Part shown: positions 26,094-38,362 of the stretch, piece after piece
How positions within the stretch are numbered: the stretch's first letter is position 1
Layout: each line of letters begins with the position of its first letter
The notes under the pieces: generated by a model
Databases searched by the model: none
The model's input: the letters and a program-made list of their open reading frames with translations, nothing else
What the model was told of the DNA's origin: nothing
Translations under genes and position numbers: made by a program
Source: Eukaryota sp. GEM-RC1
Lineage: Eukaryota
Reading direction: 5' to 3'
Assembly (NCBI GenBank): GCA_040285855.1
Contig: JAUFOQ010000001.1
Location: 248,001 to 312,000 of the forward strand
Length of the DNA stretch: 64,000 nucleotides

Positions 26094-26680
26094 CATGGAA
26101 CGCAAATGTTCCGTACCGCGGCGATTTTAGGCGTACCGTACCGTACGTCGTACGTCCAGTACAAGTACCGGTACTGTACTTCTGACCAACTAAAATAGAT
26201 TATTTCTATTTTGAACATGATGATCCAATGTGACATTTTAACAGTTACCATCGTCATAAATTCTACCGTTAAACATCGCTCAGAATATCAATATCGTGAT
26301 TGTCACATATATTCACATTTAAGGTACGTCATTTGGTGACCACAACTTCCCCAAAATGACATTTCTACGAACGAAGCTCATTAATCGCTCGCAAGCAACA
26401 ATAGTAGTAACGTCTCTGAATCGCAATGCATTTATTGAGTGGCTACGACGGAATATAACAATGATAAAGGGACCAAAGACCCACAGAATGCATTTCTGAA
26501 CGATCAGATGATGCAGTAGCAATTTATACTAGTACTCTGTTGGACTAGTGATTGAACCTCCTCTTAAACAGTAGTACTTGTAAATACATTTCGATCATTC
26601 ATAAAAAGACTTGTAATAAAATCAAAGGACATCGGTACGGATAAAATAAATCGGCACGTAACAAAAATTTGCGCACATTG
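26094..26680. mobile_element. Non-autonomous TIR element (587 bp) with 9-bp TSD; inverted-orientation relatives at 41779-42363 and 51074-51658, partial ends at ~35546 and ~49626
   Basis: Termini catggaacgcaaat / atttgcgcacattg; TSD gaagcaaat on both sides; subterminal cgtac repeats. Confidence 0.85.
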
Positions 26681-27250
26681 GAAGCAAATCAAGGAAATGA
26701 ACAACTCAAAGTATAATGGTAACACTACAATTTTGCAATACAGTAATTAACCGATGTAACAATAAATAATTATCCACCTTAAAGAGCGGACATAAATATT
26801 AGAGCAATACCCATGTGACTGATTCTCTTCAAATACTTCAGTAAAACACTCAATAAATGACCTTTTGGCCATCAGAAAGGAAGATAATCTCATCACAACA
26901 AATCTGCTCCTTCTCACGTGCAGTCTTCAAATGTTGGAAACAGTAAGTTCAGTTATCCAGATTTTCCACACTTAAAACAGCATAACATAACCGAAATAGA
27001 TGTCCGTCAGCATCTAAAGTTGTTGCTGTTAACAAAATGCCCTTATATTTTTCGAAAGGTATGATAGAGATGATAAGGTGTTTTATATTTCACTGTTATA
27101 GATACAATTATATCAAAACAATATTGTCTTCATACCTCTGAATGGGTGCTCATATCATATTTGAAGGGTAGACTGCAGTAAAATTTGCAGAATCAAGTGA
27201 TAACAAAGTACAGTATACATTTATACATAACAATAGATCATGTCTTAACT

Positions 27251-30200
27251 TCATGTTTTTTTGCTTAAACCAAGACTCCACACTTTCTGCCATTGTTCTG
27301 GATACTGAAGTTTGGATAAGAAATCGTGGAGATATGGGACCTTAAGGTTAGGGTCTTCTGATGTGGGCATTCTTTTCTTAGGAACGTATTCAAACAAATT
27401 GTGAAATAATGCGAATATTCGGAAAAATGATAGAAGAAGTCGATAAAATGGAAATAGAAACACGATTAAAAGTGGAGCTTGTAAATCCTTTCTTCTTCTT
27501 AATTTGACATAATTAAAGATGAAAAAGATAACGTATTGGATCAATAAAACACGAATATAGATCAATCCAAGTAGATATCCATCTTTCATAATGATGAAAT
27601 AGGAAATAATCAACAAGTGAAAATAGTCTCTGATGATAGTCACAAGTTCATACATGTAAAATGGTTTAAGAATCAGCGTGTTCAAACTCCAGAATCGAAG
27701 CAAATGTTCCAAATATTTAAAAAAGAACCGATGTGCACACGCATCCCACGATTTAACACGTTGATTAAACAACGACTTATCACCTAAGGATTCATCCCCA
27801 AATAAGTCCTGCGAAACACGAATCAGATCTGCAGGGACTTGTGTGAGAGCAGGAGTAGCAGCAAACGTGATCAGCTTCTTATTAGGCATGAGTTCTCTCG
27901 TGAGAAAACCCATGAGAGCATCTTCTCCGTGAAAAGCAGTACTATGATGAGAAATCAAGCAAAACAAAACAAACTTGTGATGATCGAGAATTTCAATTAA
28001 AACGTCCTTTTCCAAATACTAATGGCACCATGGGGATAAGAAGCAGTACCGAGGTTACTCTGACATTGCTTCATCATTCCGGAAAGCATATACTCCTAGA
28101 GTTATCTTGAAAAAAGTGAATTACATACCATATCTTGAAACCACACCAAAAAGCTGCGTCTGAAAAGACTTTTGCATTGAGACTCATTGCGATTGGGTAC
28201 AGCAGAACTATCTTTTTTGGGGAAATTCATATCAGCTCTAATAGTAATAACAGCTCCAGCAATATCTTTCTTCTTCAACTTGTCGGTTTGCCAGCTCATA
28301 TCACGGGGAATGACCACGTCATCATCCATAATCACAACATACTCGATTTCTGACCGTCGAGCCAGAATATTTTTAGCAACCTATTGTAAGAAGAAGTGCA
28401 GAAGCATACATAGTATAGAGAAAATGTTTTGTTGCCAGCCGGAACATAAACCTATAGTTAGTTAGAACAACAACCATACGTAATTAACATTGCGACCCCA
28501 CAGTTTTGTTTGGTAAATGATATCAACGGTTGTATCCGTGTTATGTGGTGCATCGTCATTGGTGTTATGACACACATACACATTACCATTAGCTATTGTG
28601 AGCAACACATTGTAGTACATACCTACTGAATCCGAAGCTAATCGCAAAGTGCGGATGAATTGTGTTTGAACATCTTTTGAAGATCCGCGATTTGTTTATC
28701 ATTTTTCTTGAAGAAATTGGACTCAATCTTCTCTATGGCCAATTCAGAACTAAAACCTCCTGACATGTGACTTGCAATTAAAATGGCAACATTGGGAGCT
28801 TTAATATCATACCCTTTAACGTTCCGGTGAACAGGCCATGAGACAGTGAAGAAAGCAAGAACAATAAGAAAATGCTCAAGCCCTAAGATGAACAAAGTGA
28901 CATAAACTGATGAAACTTGGTGGAAGAACTTGGTAGCAAGAATGTAGTCTCGGTAAAATACGAGAAGCAAAAACAACAAGACAATGGACAAAAACATCCA
29001 GAAGCATACACCCATTGTATCACGTTTCACGGAACCAAAACCACGAATATTTCGAAATTCTTGAAGAAGGCCAAGCCATCTATCATCAACAGGAACATCA
29101 GTGTTTTCAGGTCTTTTAGGATCATCTGGAACATAATCAGGCCGGACATGAGTGTCTTCAAGAACATGATACATCTCCTTGTCAGTATTAATCGAGCCTT
29201 GTAATTTGGGTTTGTACATTTCAGATAGAACAGCAGTTATAACAAGACAAAGAAAACCAGAAACAAGAGCAACATCAATCAAATCTAGTGTTTCAGAGTG
29301 TTCGTCCAAAGCAAAGTATCTGAAAGAAAGATTCACCATGGAGTTCTTTTGGAAGGAAATACCGACAGAAAATCCGGTAAACGAAACATTAGAAATATCA
29401 CATTTGTAGGAAATGGAAGAGTTAGTAGCATCAAATCCATCGAGATATACATAAACAGTAGGAAATCGAATAAATTCTTCAGTGAAAAGAATGTCTTTGA
29501 TCACGTAATCATTTGGTGAGTCATCATTAAGATCAGAGCCATTAACAAAGAAGGTACCAACATCAATGGTATTATACAGAACATTAGTTGCATTTAAAAC
29601 CAATGAATTATGTCGGTACTCGGAAGCACGTCCTGAAGTTTCAACTGAAGAAAAGATGTGTAAAAAATCGGTACCATCATCCAAAACCACTTCTTGATGA
29701 TATGAAAGCGTATCCAATTCATCAAAGAAAAACCCTTGTGGAGCAGAGAGTAGAAGCAAAGAGCCATCAGCAGGATAAGGAAAAGGAGTTTGGCTGAGCC
29801 ATTGAAGTTCGTGTTCAACAAAAGAGTATTGAGAACTTACATAGGCCTTTGAGTTGTCAGAACAAGAAGCTCCGACTGCTATCCAAGTGATTGACAGTCG
29901 GTCAATAAAAGATTCTCGTGGATAAGCACCAGGAATCCTTGTTCTAATAGTCAACAGAAAAGAATGTGAAGTGATACTGGATGCAAAAACATCAACTGTC
30001 AAAATCTGTGATGAATCAATATCATGTAAAGCAACAAAGACAGCGGGAGGAAATGGAAACTCAAAGTGAAACCATACTTGAAATTCCATGTGAAATCCGA
30101 GGGCTCCGTGGTGAAGGTTGAACTGTTGATTGGTTGGACCGACTGAGAGTAAGTCTGTATCCAAGATAGTAGTTGGTGGACAAAGTAAAGCGTGTTCGAA

Positions 30201-31998
30201 GACGATTGAGGATGTGTATGGTACCGCAGCAAACAGTACAACCAATAAAGCAATGAGAAAACCATAAAAGCAACATCCTTTGCTTTTGGCGAAATAATTA
30301 GGACCTTTTGACTCTGATTTGGATCCAGAAACATTCTCCGTTTTTGATTGAGAACCAGGAGTTATTGGCATTGTTCGATATTCTGGAGTATTCACATGAA
30401 CATCATTTGGATCAATGGTTTGAGGTAATGCCTGATTTCCAACAACCTGGTTTGACGTAACTGAATTGGGTGAGTGATCTGCAGGTGGTTGAGAATGACC
30501 TTGAGACGGAGTACCTGATTGGTCAGGGGTATAAGATGGTTTTGGATCAGGAACAGTTGAGACCTGGTGAATCGCACTTTGTCTTTCCCTTTTTTTAGCA
30601 TCATTATACACTTTGCGTAAGCTATTAACAGATGGTCTTAAACCCAACTCTTGGCTAATCTTGTCTATGATTTTCTTACATTCGGTCCGTTGAAACTTAG
30701 TGAGCTTAAAATGACTGTTGGAAAGTTTGTTACTTACGTCATCCCGAAGTTGTAGCAAATCATTGACCAGTGTTCTAATTTGACGGCTCACTATTTCATT
30801 CGAGGTCACAGTTTCAGTTGCAAGAAAGCTCTTTTGGGCGTGAGCAAATCTAGCAAATGATGCTGCTCCTTTAGCAGTAAAGTATTCTAAGGATACATTA
30901 CTAACATGACTCACAGATCCTGTGCAAGCCCTTTGAACAAGTTGGTTGATGTTTGGGATATTTGAACCGAGACCAACCATGAGCAAGACTTTGTATGATG
31001 ATTTGTACTTTCTTAATGCAGTTTGAAGGAACTCTTGACATTTGTCATACACACTTTGCACAACGTGTTGAAATTGACTGTGTGAAAGCTTTTGCTTAAA
31101 TTCATAGTTATGGTTCATTAACGTACCTGAGAACGACACGGTCACAGATGATTCTGGAAGCGACAGCGATTCTTTAATTGATTTGGTCCGTGTAAGAAGT
31201 TTGTTTTTGAATTGAACATGTTCAACTATAAGAGGGGGAATTCCTTGAGATTTTGCTTGTTCAATGAACCAATTGTGGATCGCTTTGTCAATCACATCTC
31301 CTGACACTTCATCAGTTTCTTCTGATTCAACGGCATACCTATCTTGCAGAAAAGACACAGCTGAAAGCTCCAATTTAGTTGCTCCAAGGTCGAGTATCAG
31401 AACCTTATTTGGGTTAGTTTTGTGGGTATTCTGGAATCCATAAGTACTGTACGCAAACGCAGCAGCAACACAATCGTAGATCACCCCCAAAACTTCCAAC
31501 CCAGCTAATTCAGCTGCCTGTTTCATACAACCGCGTTGTGTTTCCGTAAAGGAAGTAGGTACTGTGAGAATACATTTGCTCGGTTTTGTAGTTAGAGAGA
31601 ATCTTCTCACATGTCGATCAATCAGTCTGTTCAAGAGGTTAGCGAAGAGTTGTTGAGGTTTGTATTGGGTGTTTAAAAGTTCAACGGCACAGTCACCGTC
31701 TGTGGAAGATTTGATGGAAAAGGGCCAACGATCATAATACTGAGGAGGAGAAGCATCGTATTGTTTTCCAATCAAGCTTTTAAATCCGTAAGCGCAAGAA
31801 CTAGGCGATATTTCAAATGCTTGCAATGCTTGTTCCCCATACACAATGTCATTTCCACATACAGCAAGAGCTGTTGGGATGTTGCTTATCTGTCTGAAAT
31901 GAGATCTTTGGGTGAACAAACTGCACTCGATTGCCAAGAGAAACAATACGACATTGATGCCCTCCAAAATCTATACCAAGAGTGAGTTCGCTGGACAT
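27251..31998 (-). CDS. Hsp70-NBD / H-type lectin / GT2 processive glycosyltransferase fusion membrane protein, ~1520 aa
   Basis: Introns 31894-31921, 28593-28622, 28452-28479, 28381-28409, 28096-28128 and 27942-27974 (all GT-AG, 28-33 nt), plus two 1-nt A-run deletions (~28677, ~28010), join four listed ORFs. Motifs: GIDFG, FKSLIG, TVPTSF, DLGAT (Hsp70); F..PP.VFV...D...W/Y.A repeats (H-lectin); YVPAGNK, DDD, QDMEY, HGAISIW, HGED, QRVKSW (GT2). Confidence 0.85.
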
Positions 31999-32519
31999 GA
32001 CTGGAAGTGCTCAGCCGATTGAAATGTGAAATTTAACAAGAATCAGTTCTTAGGTCAATACATGAAGACACGCATACACACGTACAAGTAGACAAAGATG
32101 CAAAATGGCCCTTCTAGACTAGCAAATCTAGAAGACTTCCCTCATTACTCTTATACTTGCATCTATACACAATACACTACACTATCAGCAAGAAGTAGCC
32201 AAATTACTGGAAAAACGCGCTATCATCCAAAAGTGACCTATTCATCTCCATAGAACCCAAAGAACTACGACTCGTAGGATGTCAGTTAAAGGCAAGAATG
32301 GGTCCAAAGTATTGCAGATTTTCTTTAAAACACACAAAGAAAAAATCAAAGACCCACGAAAAGACTTGTGGTCATGAGCTCATAAAAATCGAAACGTTGT
32401 CCAAACACAAAAAGGGGGGTTTAATCGCGTTTTTTTTCTGGCTTTAACAGAAGTCGTTCAGTATATCATTGTCAACTTTTCATTACATTAACACTTCATG
32501 TTATTCAGCCAGATCATTC

Positions 32520-33185
32520 AAATACCAGCGTAATCGAATTTAATTGATCAGAGTGTAGAACAGATCTAATATAATGATTGCGACCAAACCTCTGTGCCGA
32601 CTAGGAATGATAATTAGTTCAGTTCAGTTCACACCTCCATGAACTGAACTGAACTGAACTAAATGAACTTACATTTTTATTCCATTTTTTCTTACTACCT
32701 ACTAGTGCAGTAAGGTGCACTTTTTCACCACATATAAGGAAACGTAGGATGAAGTACAATAGTGTTATGAAATGGTCAACTTAAAGCAACGTAAGAACGC
32801 AAGTGTTTAAGATCAAATTTACCTTTTTCATAGGGGTACCCTAGATTGTCAACGTCATTTTGGAGAAATGTAACAATTCAAGCAAGTAGTGTTGCGTCTG
32901 AGCCTTCGTTTTTACTTGCAGGACTGATTGCATGTAACCCAGTTAATTAGAGTATGTTTTTAACATGTTGTTTTATTAAATTTTGCAGCGATTGAGTACT
33001 ACATGTACTTGTTGATGACCTTTTGATTTGATCCTAGGTACATTATTGTGGAAACAATGGTATATTTGCTCAAGTTCACATAGTTCAGTTCATGGTAATC
33101 AGTGAACTAGTTCAGTTCAGTTCACACTTTTTTGAACTGAACTGAACTATTTCACATTCCTAGTGTCGACACTTGAAACTAATTT
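32520..33185 (-). pseudogene. Short relic of a paralogue of the 46030-48644 gene, split by the 32602-33162 element
   Basis: The joined flanks read ttgatcagagtgtagaaca...atgattgcgaccaaacctctgtgccgac|acttgaa and match 46900-46990. Confidence 0.65.
32602..33162. mobile_element. Non-autonomous hAT element (561 bp)
   Basis: TIR taggaatg / cattccta; 8-bp TSD gtgccgac/gtgtcgac (1 mismatch); (agttc)n/(gaact)n subterminal repeats. Confidence 0.85.
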
Positions 33186-33949
33186 ACTTTTATTCGTACA
33201 TCCTTTCAAAATATGTTCAGATTACAAATTGCACCAATGATACCTCTGCTATCTTCATTCTTATCACTTCTAGTTAGAAAAAAATGGTATATTACAAAAA
33301 AGTCCCCGATGAGTGTGTCTCAAGAATGGTGAATTTGCTGCATCGTGTGTTTGCATATCATACTAAAACGGGTTCGTGATCAATAATAGACATTTAGCTA
33401 ATTTCTTCCCTCAGACACTTTGCAAAATCGAAAAACAACCAACTTACTGCAAATGCTCTTGATAAAAACTTTGCAATCTAAGCAGACTTGGTATGTCAAC
33501 ACAATCAGCTGACGACAACTGGAAAGTCACGAATTGTAACAATATTGTTCTAGTTTCTAGAGCTCCTTATTCACCCAGACCACCCCCAGTGTCACTTGAT
33601 GAGAGTTTTTTGATAGACATTTTCATACCGATTTGTCACAATTGGATTTTCTTCTATAGTTTGTTTTTAAGTTATTGTTCGAGCTGATAATACATTTGTA
33701 CGAAGAACAAATATTGAATTCATTTTGCATAAAAGAGCTGACCTCAACTAATCAGAATGTCACCCCAAATGACCCCAGTCATCTGCAATGAATCCAGACG
33801 AGAACAGAAACCATAGAACCGAGCTCATCACCCATTACATTCACAACCGTGTGGCTTTTGTTGTGGAGAATGATGGTGCATCCACGATCAAGAAAAGTAA
33901 TGATCGGACAAAGACATAGAATTGAGCTCCAACGTTGATGAGAGACTAT

Positions 33950-34520
33950 GATGATAGTAACTATCTTCAACGAGTTCTTCTACCAAGATACTGAATTTTT
34001 GGAGTCATCAATCAGTAGGGGAAGATGTACCGAATTTGAAGAGATGACAGTCGGCTCAGGACACAGGCAAAGGTCTTTTCCACTAAAAAAGCAGGTGTTA
34101 TTAAAAATAAAGAGCATAAAGATTAGTGATTCGTTATCCTCAACGCTTTATTCTTAATTGGAAGGATCAAGAATGGGTAATTAACATACGTTTGAAATAG
34201 GGACTCTGGGCTAATGGCTTCCCTAAACAGTCCAAGTGCATCTGTAGTGCTGTAAAGCATGCTGCATTTCACACATGGATAATTGCCTTAAAGTTATTCA
34301 TATGAAATCTGTTCGTCGTAGCAGTATTCTTTCTTTATTTGAATCAAACGGATTTCATGTCAAACAAAAACCTCTATTATCCGCATTTTCTGATTCTTTC
34401 ATTCGTGATAAGAGTCGTGGCGATTTAATTGCCATGGTTTAATTGTAAAGAAGTTGTTTTGGATTTCACCACTGTGGATGCATGTAATGAAACTGCTTGT
34501 AAAAATATAGGTTGATCAAT
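33950..34520 (+). mobile_element. Decayed RLE non-LTR retrotransposon fragment
   Basis: Remnants cgtggcgattta (RGDL) and gatttcaccactgtggatg (DFTTVD) match the DFTTVDVCN peptide of the 37528-37812 ORF. Confidence 0.55.
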
Positions 34521-35619
34521 TTTCACCTGAATAGTATTGTTAATTTTGTTTACGTCTTTAGATTTTATGTCTCTTTAAGAGATAAAAGAATTATTTTAAA
34601 GAGCGAATATAAAAATGTGGATGAGTTAGAGAAATACCTAGACGATAAGTAGTACTTGTGGACTTCTTGCATCAACTCTTGAAAAGATCCGCAACTCATG
34701 GCCACACATATTTCAAATTTGCCACAGCGTGTGTTTGCGTTAGATGTTTTTGTTGTATGTGTTTTTATACACGCATTTTAACTCAAAAACCAAAAATTCT
34801 TCTCTAAATTGCAAATTAATTCGAACCAGCAATGAAAAAACTTATTTGACTGTTATCTTATTATTTTTCCGACATTCAGCAATAAATACAGCTTTCAATT
34901 TAGTATCATATCGTATTTATTGTTATTCTTGGGTCAAAACAATAAGTATATCTTCAATAACTACAATTTCGGTGTCTAGTGTTTCATAGCTTTTATTATG
35001 ATATGTATTTTTGTACCCTCCATCAATAAACTGTCTTGTATATCTTCAATAACTACAATTTGTAATCACTAAGAACAAGAATTTGATCATATTTATCAAC
35101 TGTGGTCTGATTGATTGAGGTGTGAACAATCATTATTAAAATTTTCCGATAGACGATGGATGGCCAGATCAAAACTGTGCAACCAATACAGTTACTTTCC
35201 TAACGCTTTGATCTCAGATTTTGTTTAGTGTTTCTTAAAGTCCTCATCAGCTCTCTTGATAAGCATCCCATCTTCATTTCTAGTTGCAGGTATCCAACAT
35301 AAATCTATATATTATCAGTCTTGATTAGTTCGCTGCTGGTTAAGTTTCTTCTATCTTTTGTTTAAGCCACCGTGACTACTTGGTTTGCTGTTACCTTGGA
35401 GTTCAAATGATGTAACACAATTCAACTTTAATCTAAATTAACATCACGATTAAATCAGGTTACAGAAAGGAAAAGAATGTTCTTGACTTATCTTATCTTT
35501 TTGAAATATATCTTACATTGTTGAGTTTTCTAGATAAATATACATCAATGTGCGCAAATCTTTGGTACGTACCCTACGTACGGTTGAATTGTATGGTAAA
35601 TAGAAGTAGTTTTAAAAGG

Positions 35620-36130
35620 TTGCTGATCATGAGACTTGCTCAAATGTCACTGCTATTGCATACTGGCCACGTCATCAATCAAATTTGATTGTTTTCTCCA
35701 CTAGTAATAGATTGTTACACCTTTTTGATCTCAACTCTCAACAAATCATTTCAACTTTTGATTCCAACCACACTCGAAATATTTGTAACATTTCAAATAA
35801 TGATTGGCAGCCACTCATCATCTTCATACACTGTCTTTGCCACTTGCTTCGTCAGACTCCACGGTCAGACTTTTTGATACCAGAACTTCTACGTGTTCAA
35901 TGTTTTTATCAGATCACTCCTCAAATCTAGGGTCACCTCAAGTTTCAATTGACAACAATTTTAAATATTTGGCCGTTGGTGGAGATTCCTTTTCTACAAT
36001 GTATGATTTATGATGTTTAAAACCTATTTCTTTAATTAAACAACAAACAGATATTACAAATGGTTATATGTTTTTACATTCTACAGATTTTTTTGTTCTA
36101 GCAATTCAAATGGTGTTGGAGTATTCAGTT
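35620..36130 (+). pseudogene. WD40-repeat gene 3' fragment (second copy ~49700-50210)
   Basis: LHLFDL, HTRNICNI, ASSDSTVRLFDTR and YLAVGGD WD40-like peptides in broken frames; no 5' part (preceded by a TE end). Confidence 0.6.
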
Positions 36131-36199
36131 ATAAATCAAACTACTAACATTTTTAATACAGTTTTACAAGAAACAATTAACTATCTGAACTAAAGATTT

Positions 36200-36775
36200 A
36201 ATCATCTTTTACTTTCATATACAGCAAGTATTGTTGATCATCAACAAGCAGAATATTTGCTGGTTTCAGATCACCATGAACAACTGACTTTAGGTGGAGG
36301 AACTTAACAGCTTGGCATAGCTCCTTGGCGTATCTCAAAGTTGATGACGTGAAAGAGTTAGGGGAGGGAAGAAGAAGCTCTTTCCATTACAATACCAATA
36401 GAATCTTGGAAGAAGGAGATTCCAAAGACACGAAGTATGGACGGATGGTTGATGAGGAGATTCAGGTCTTGTTGAAGTTTGAGCTTTCCTTTCTCAGTTA
36501 GAGACACCATTTTGACGGTCACGGGGAGATCGAATCATTTAGCAGAGTATACAACAACGAAACCTCCTTTCGCAATCCTTTCTCCAAGAACGATCTGGGT
36601 GGAATTTGGGGGCAGAGATCGCCATTACGGGAAGCTTGTACAAGATCCTGCAATGTAAAGTTCACCTTTCTCTCTTCCGAGCAGTGACTAGCACAAAGAG
36701 GACATTTATTCAGTTGCGCTGAACAATGAGAGCAAGCAGTGTGACCTTCGATAGATAAGAAGGGGAAGATTGAAA
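36200..36775 (-). pseudogene. RING-finger protein kinase pseudogene (second copy ~50300-50860)
   Basis: GHTACSHCSAQLNKCPLC half-RING and a kinase catalytic loop HGDLKPANILL at ~36245-36280, separated by deletions and frameshifts. Confidence 0.7.
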
Positions 36776-36785
36776 GAACGAATAC

Positions 36786-37272
36786 ACCTACTAGTAGACT
36801 AATCCTGGGAATTAGTCTCACATTCGTAATTAGTCTCACTCAGACTACTTCCCATGTTGCAACACTTTAAACTGAAAAACGATTGGAAACTACTAATTAC
36901 TCAAATTAGTCTCACTTTTTGTGATAAAATCCCTATAAAATAGAACAACATTCAACGAATACAAATTCTGAACCACGTTGATATTTCTTCTATTTTCCTG
37001 TGAATAGCATCTCCGCTGATGTTTGTGTTTACAAGTCAAGAAATTGAGCCAGGACGTGGTTTTTTCAATAATGAGCTTGTTCTAGCACATCCTTCTAGTT
37101 GGTATACCCATTTTAATATGATTGCTGTGGGAGAAAATCGAGCAGACGTACCGAACGAATGTTTTCCTACTCTATTGGTCATATTGAATGACCTCAATTT
37201 TTTTTGGAGGTGAGACTAATTACCAACAATGATAATTAGTCTGAGTGAGACTAATTACCAAGATTAGTGACT
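36786..37272. mobile_element. ~490-bp inverted-repeat element present in duplicate A and absent from B; related end at ~13085-13150
   Basis: Nested aattagtctcac / gtgagactaatt inverted repeats; empty site at ~50933 (gaacgaatac|ttcttttaaata). Confidence 0.75.
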
Positions 37273-37339
37273 TTTTTTAAATAAAATTTGATTTTTTATG
37301 GAACAAAAACACTAAAACATCATGTTTATTCGGCACCCA

Positions 37340-38290
37340 ATAAGGTAACCTTTCTACAAACTATGAAATTGTAAAAACAAACAAATAATACTAAGATTAA
37401 ATCCAAACGACTTCATCACCACCCGGTAAAAGATTACGTTTATCTACATGAACCTTCACACCAAACTTGTACAATTTCTCAATTAATCTAGAGAAATAGA
37501 AAGGCATATTCCGATATATGGAAAACACTATACGGTTTTTCCATTCAGCCATTCTAAACTTACGCTTCTTTTCTTTACACAATTCTTCGAAATCCTTGAA
37601 AAATTGATCACCAGCAGGACTAATAGATCCAAAAGAGAAACAACAAAAGGTTGAAACACAAATTTGGAATATGAGTTTCTATTTAATTCTTCTACTTGAG
37701 AGTCATACTTGGAGTGTTTGAGCTTTTCAGCTGCTGTTAATGGATTAAAAGAAGAATCTAATATCCTACTAACACAAGATTTGTTACATACATCAACTGT
37801 AGTAAAATCCATTAATGAGTGACTCGATTTAAGCCACGGAGTATGTAGATCCCCTCTTTTTGATCAGTAAATTCATTTTCTGAAAGATGATTCAAAACTG
37901 GTTCAACTTTAGACTGAAAACCATGTGCTTTAAACATGGAATAACAAGAATCACGTACACCATCATGAATTACTGCACGGAGATGAATAAAATAACGACA
38001 ATTAATTAAATGACAAAAACACCATTAGCTCCACAAGAGCACGTTGAATAGTTTAATAAATTTGCAGGCCAAATAGCCAAACGAAGACGCATATTGATCA
38101 TCCAAGCTTCATCAGATAGATGTAATCCATACACCTTTGGAATTTGAGAAATAAATCCAGAAGGTCCACTATCACAAAGATCGATTAAAAAAGCAGCGAA
38201 CTCGGGACTATTAGTTTTAGCCAAGCTAATACGATTATTAAAGTCCAAGAGTTCAAACTCCTTTGTCAATTTATTTTGCAGCTTACATAC
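37340..38290 (-). mobile_element. 3' portion of an RLE-type (CRE-like) non-LTR retrotransposon, frameshifted
   Basis: Peptides MRLRL, CSCG, HDGVRD, KVEP, RGDL, DFTTVD, AAEKLKHSKY and FQPFVVS: zinc knuckle plus PD-(D/E)xK-like endonuclease; adjoins the hAT element at its upstream end. Confidence 0.75.
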
Positions 38291-38362
38291 AGCAGACGGT
38301 AGAGATGAAATATTTTTTAAAGGAAAAACACTAAAATAACCACAAATACATGTACTCAGGGC

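Noticed and set aside
28005..28680. Programmed ribosomal frameshifting at AAAA sites
   Set aside because: Frame breaks across the window occur in A and G homopolymers in both directions, and one paralogue pair differs only by such indels. Sequencing error or decay is simpler.
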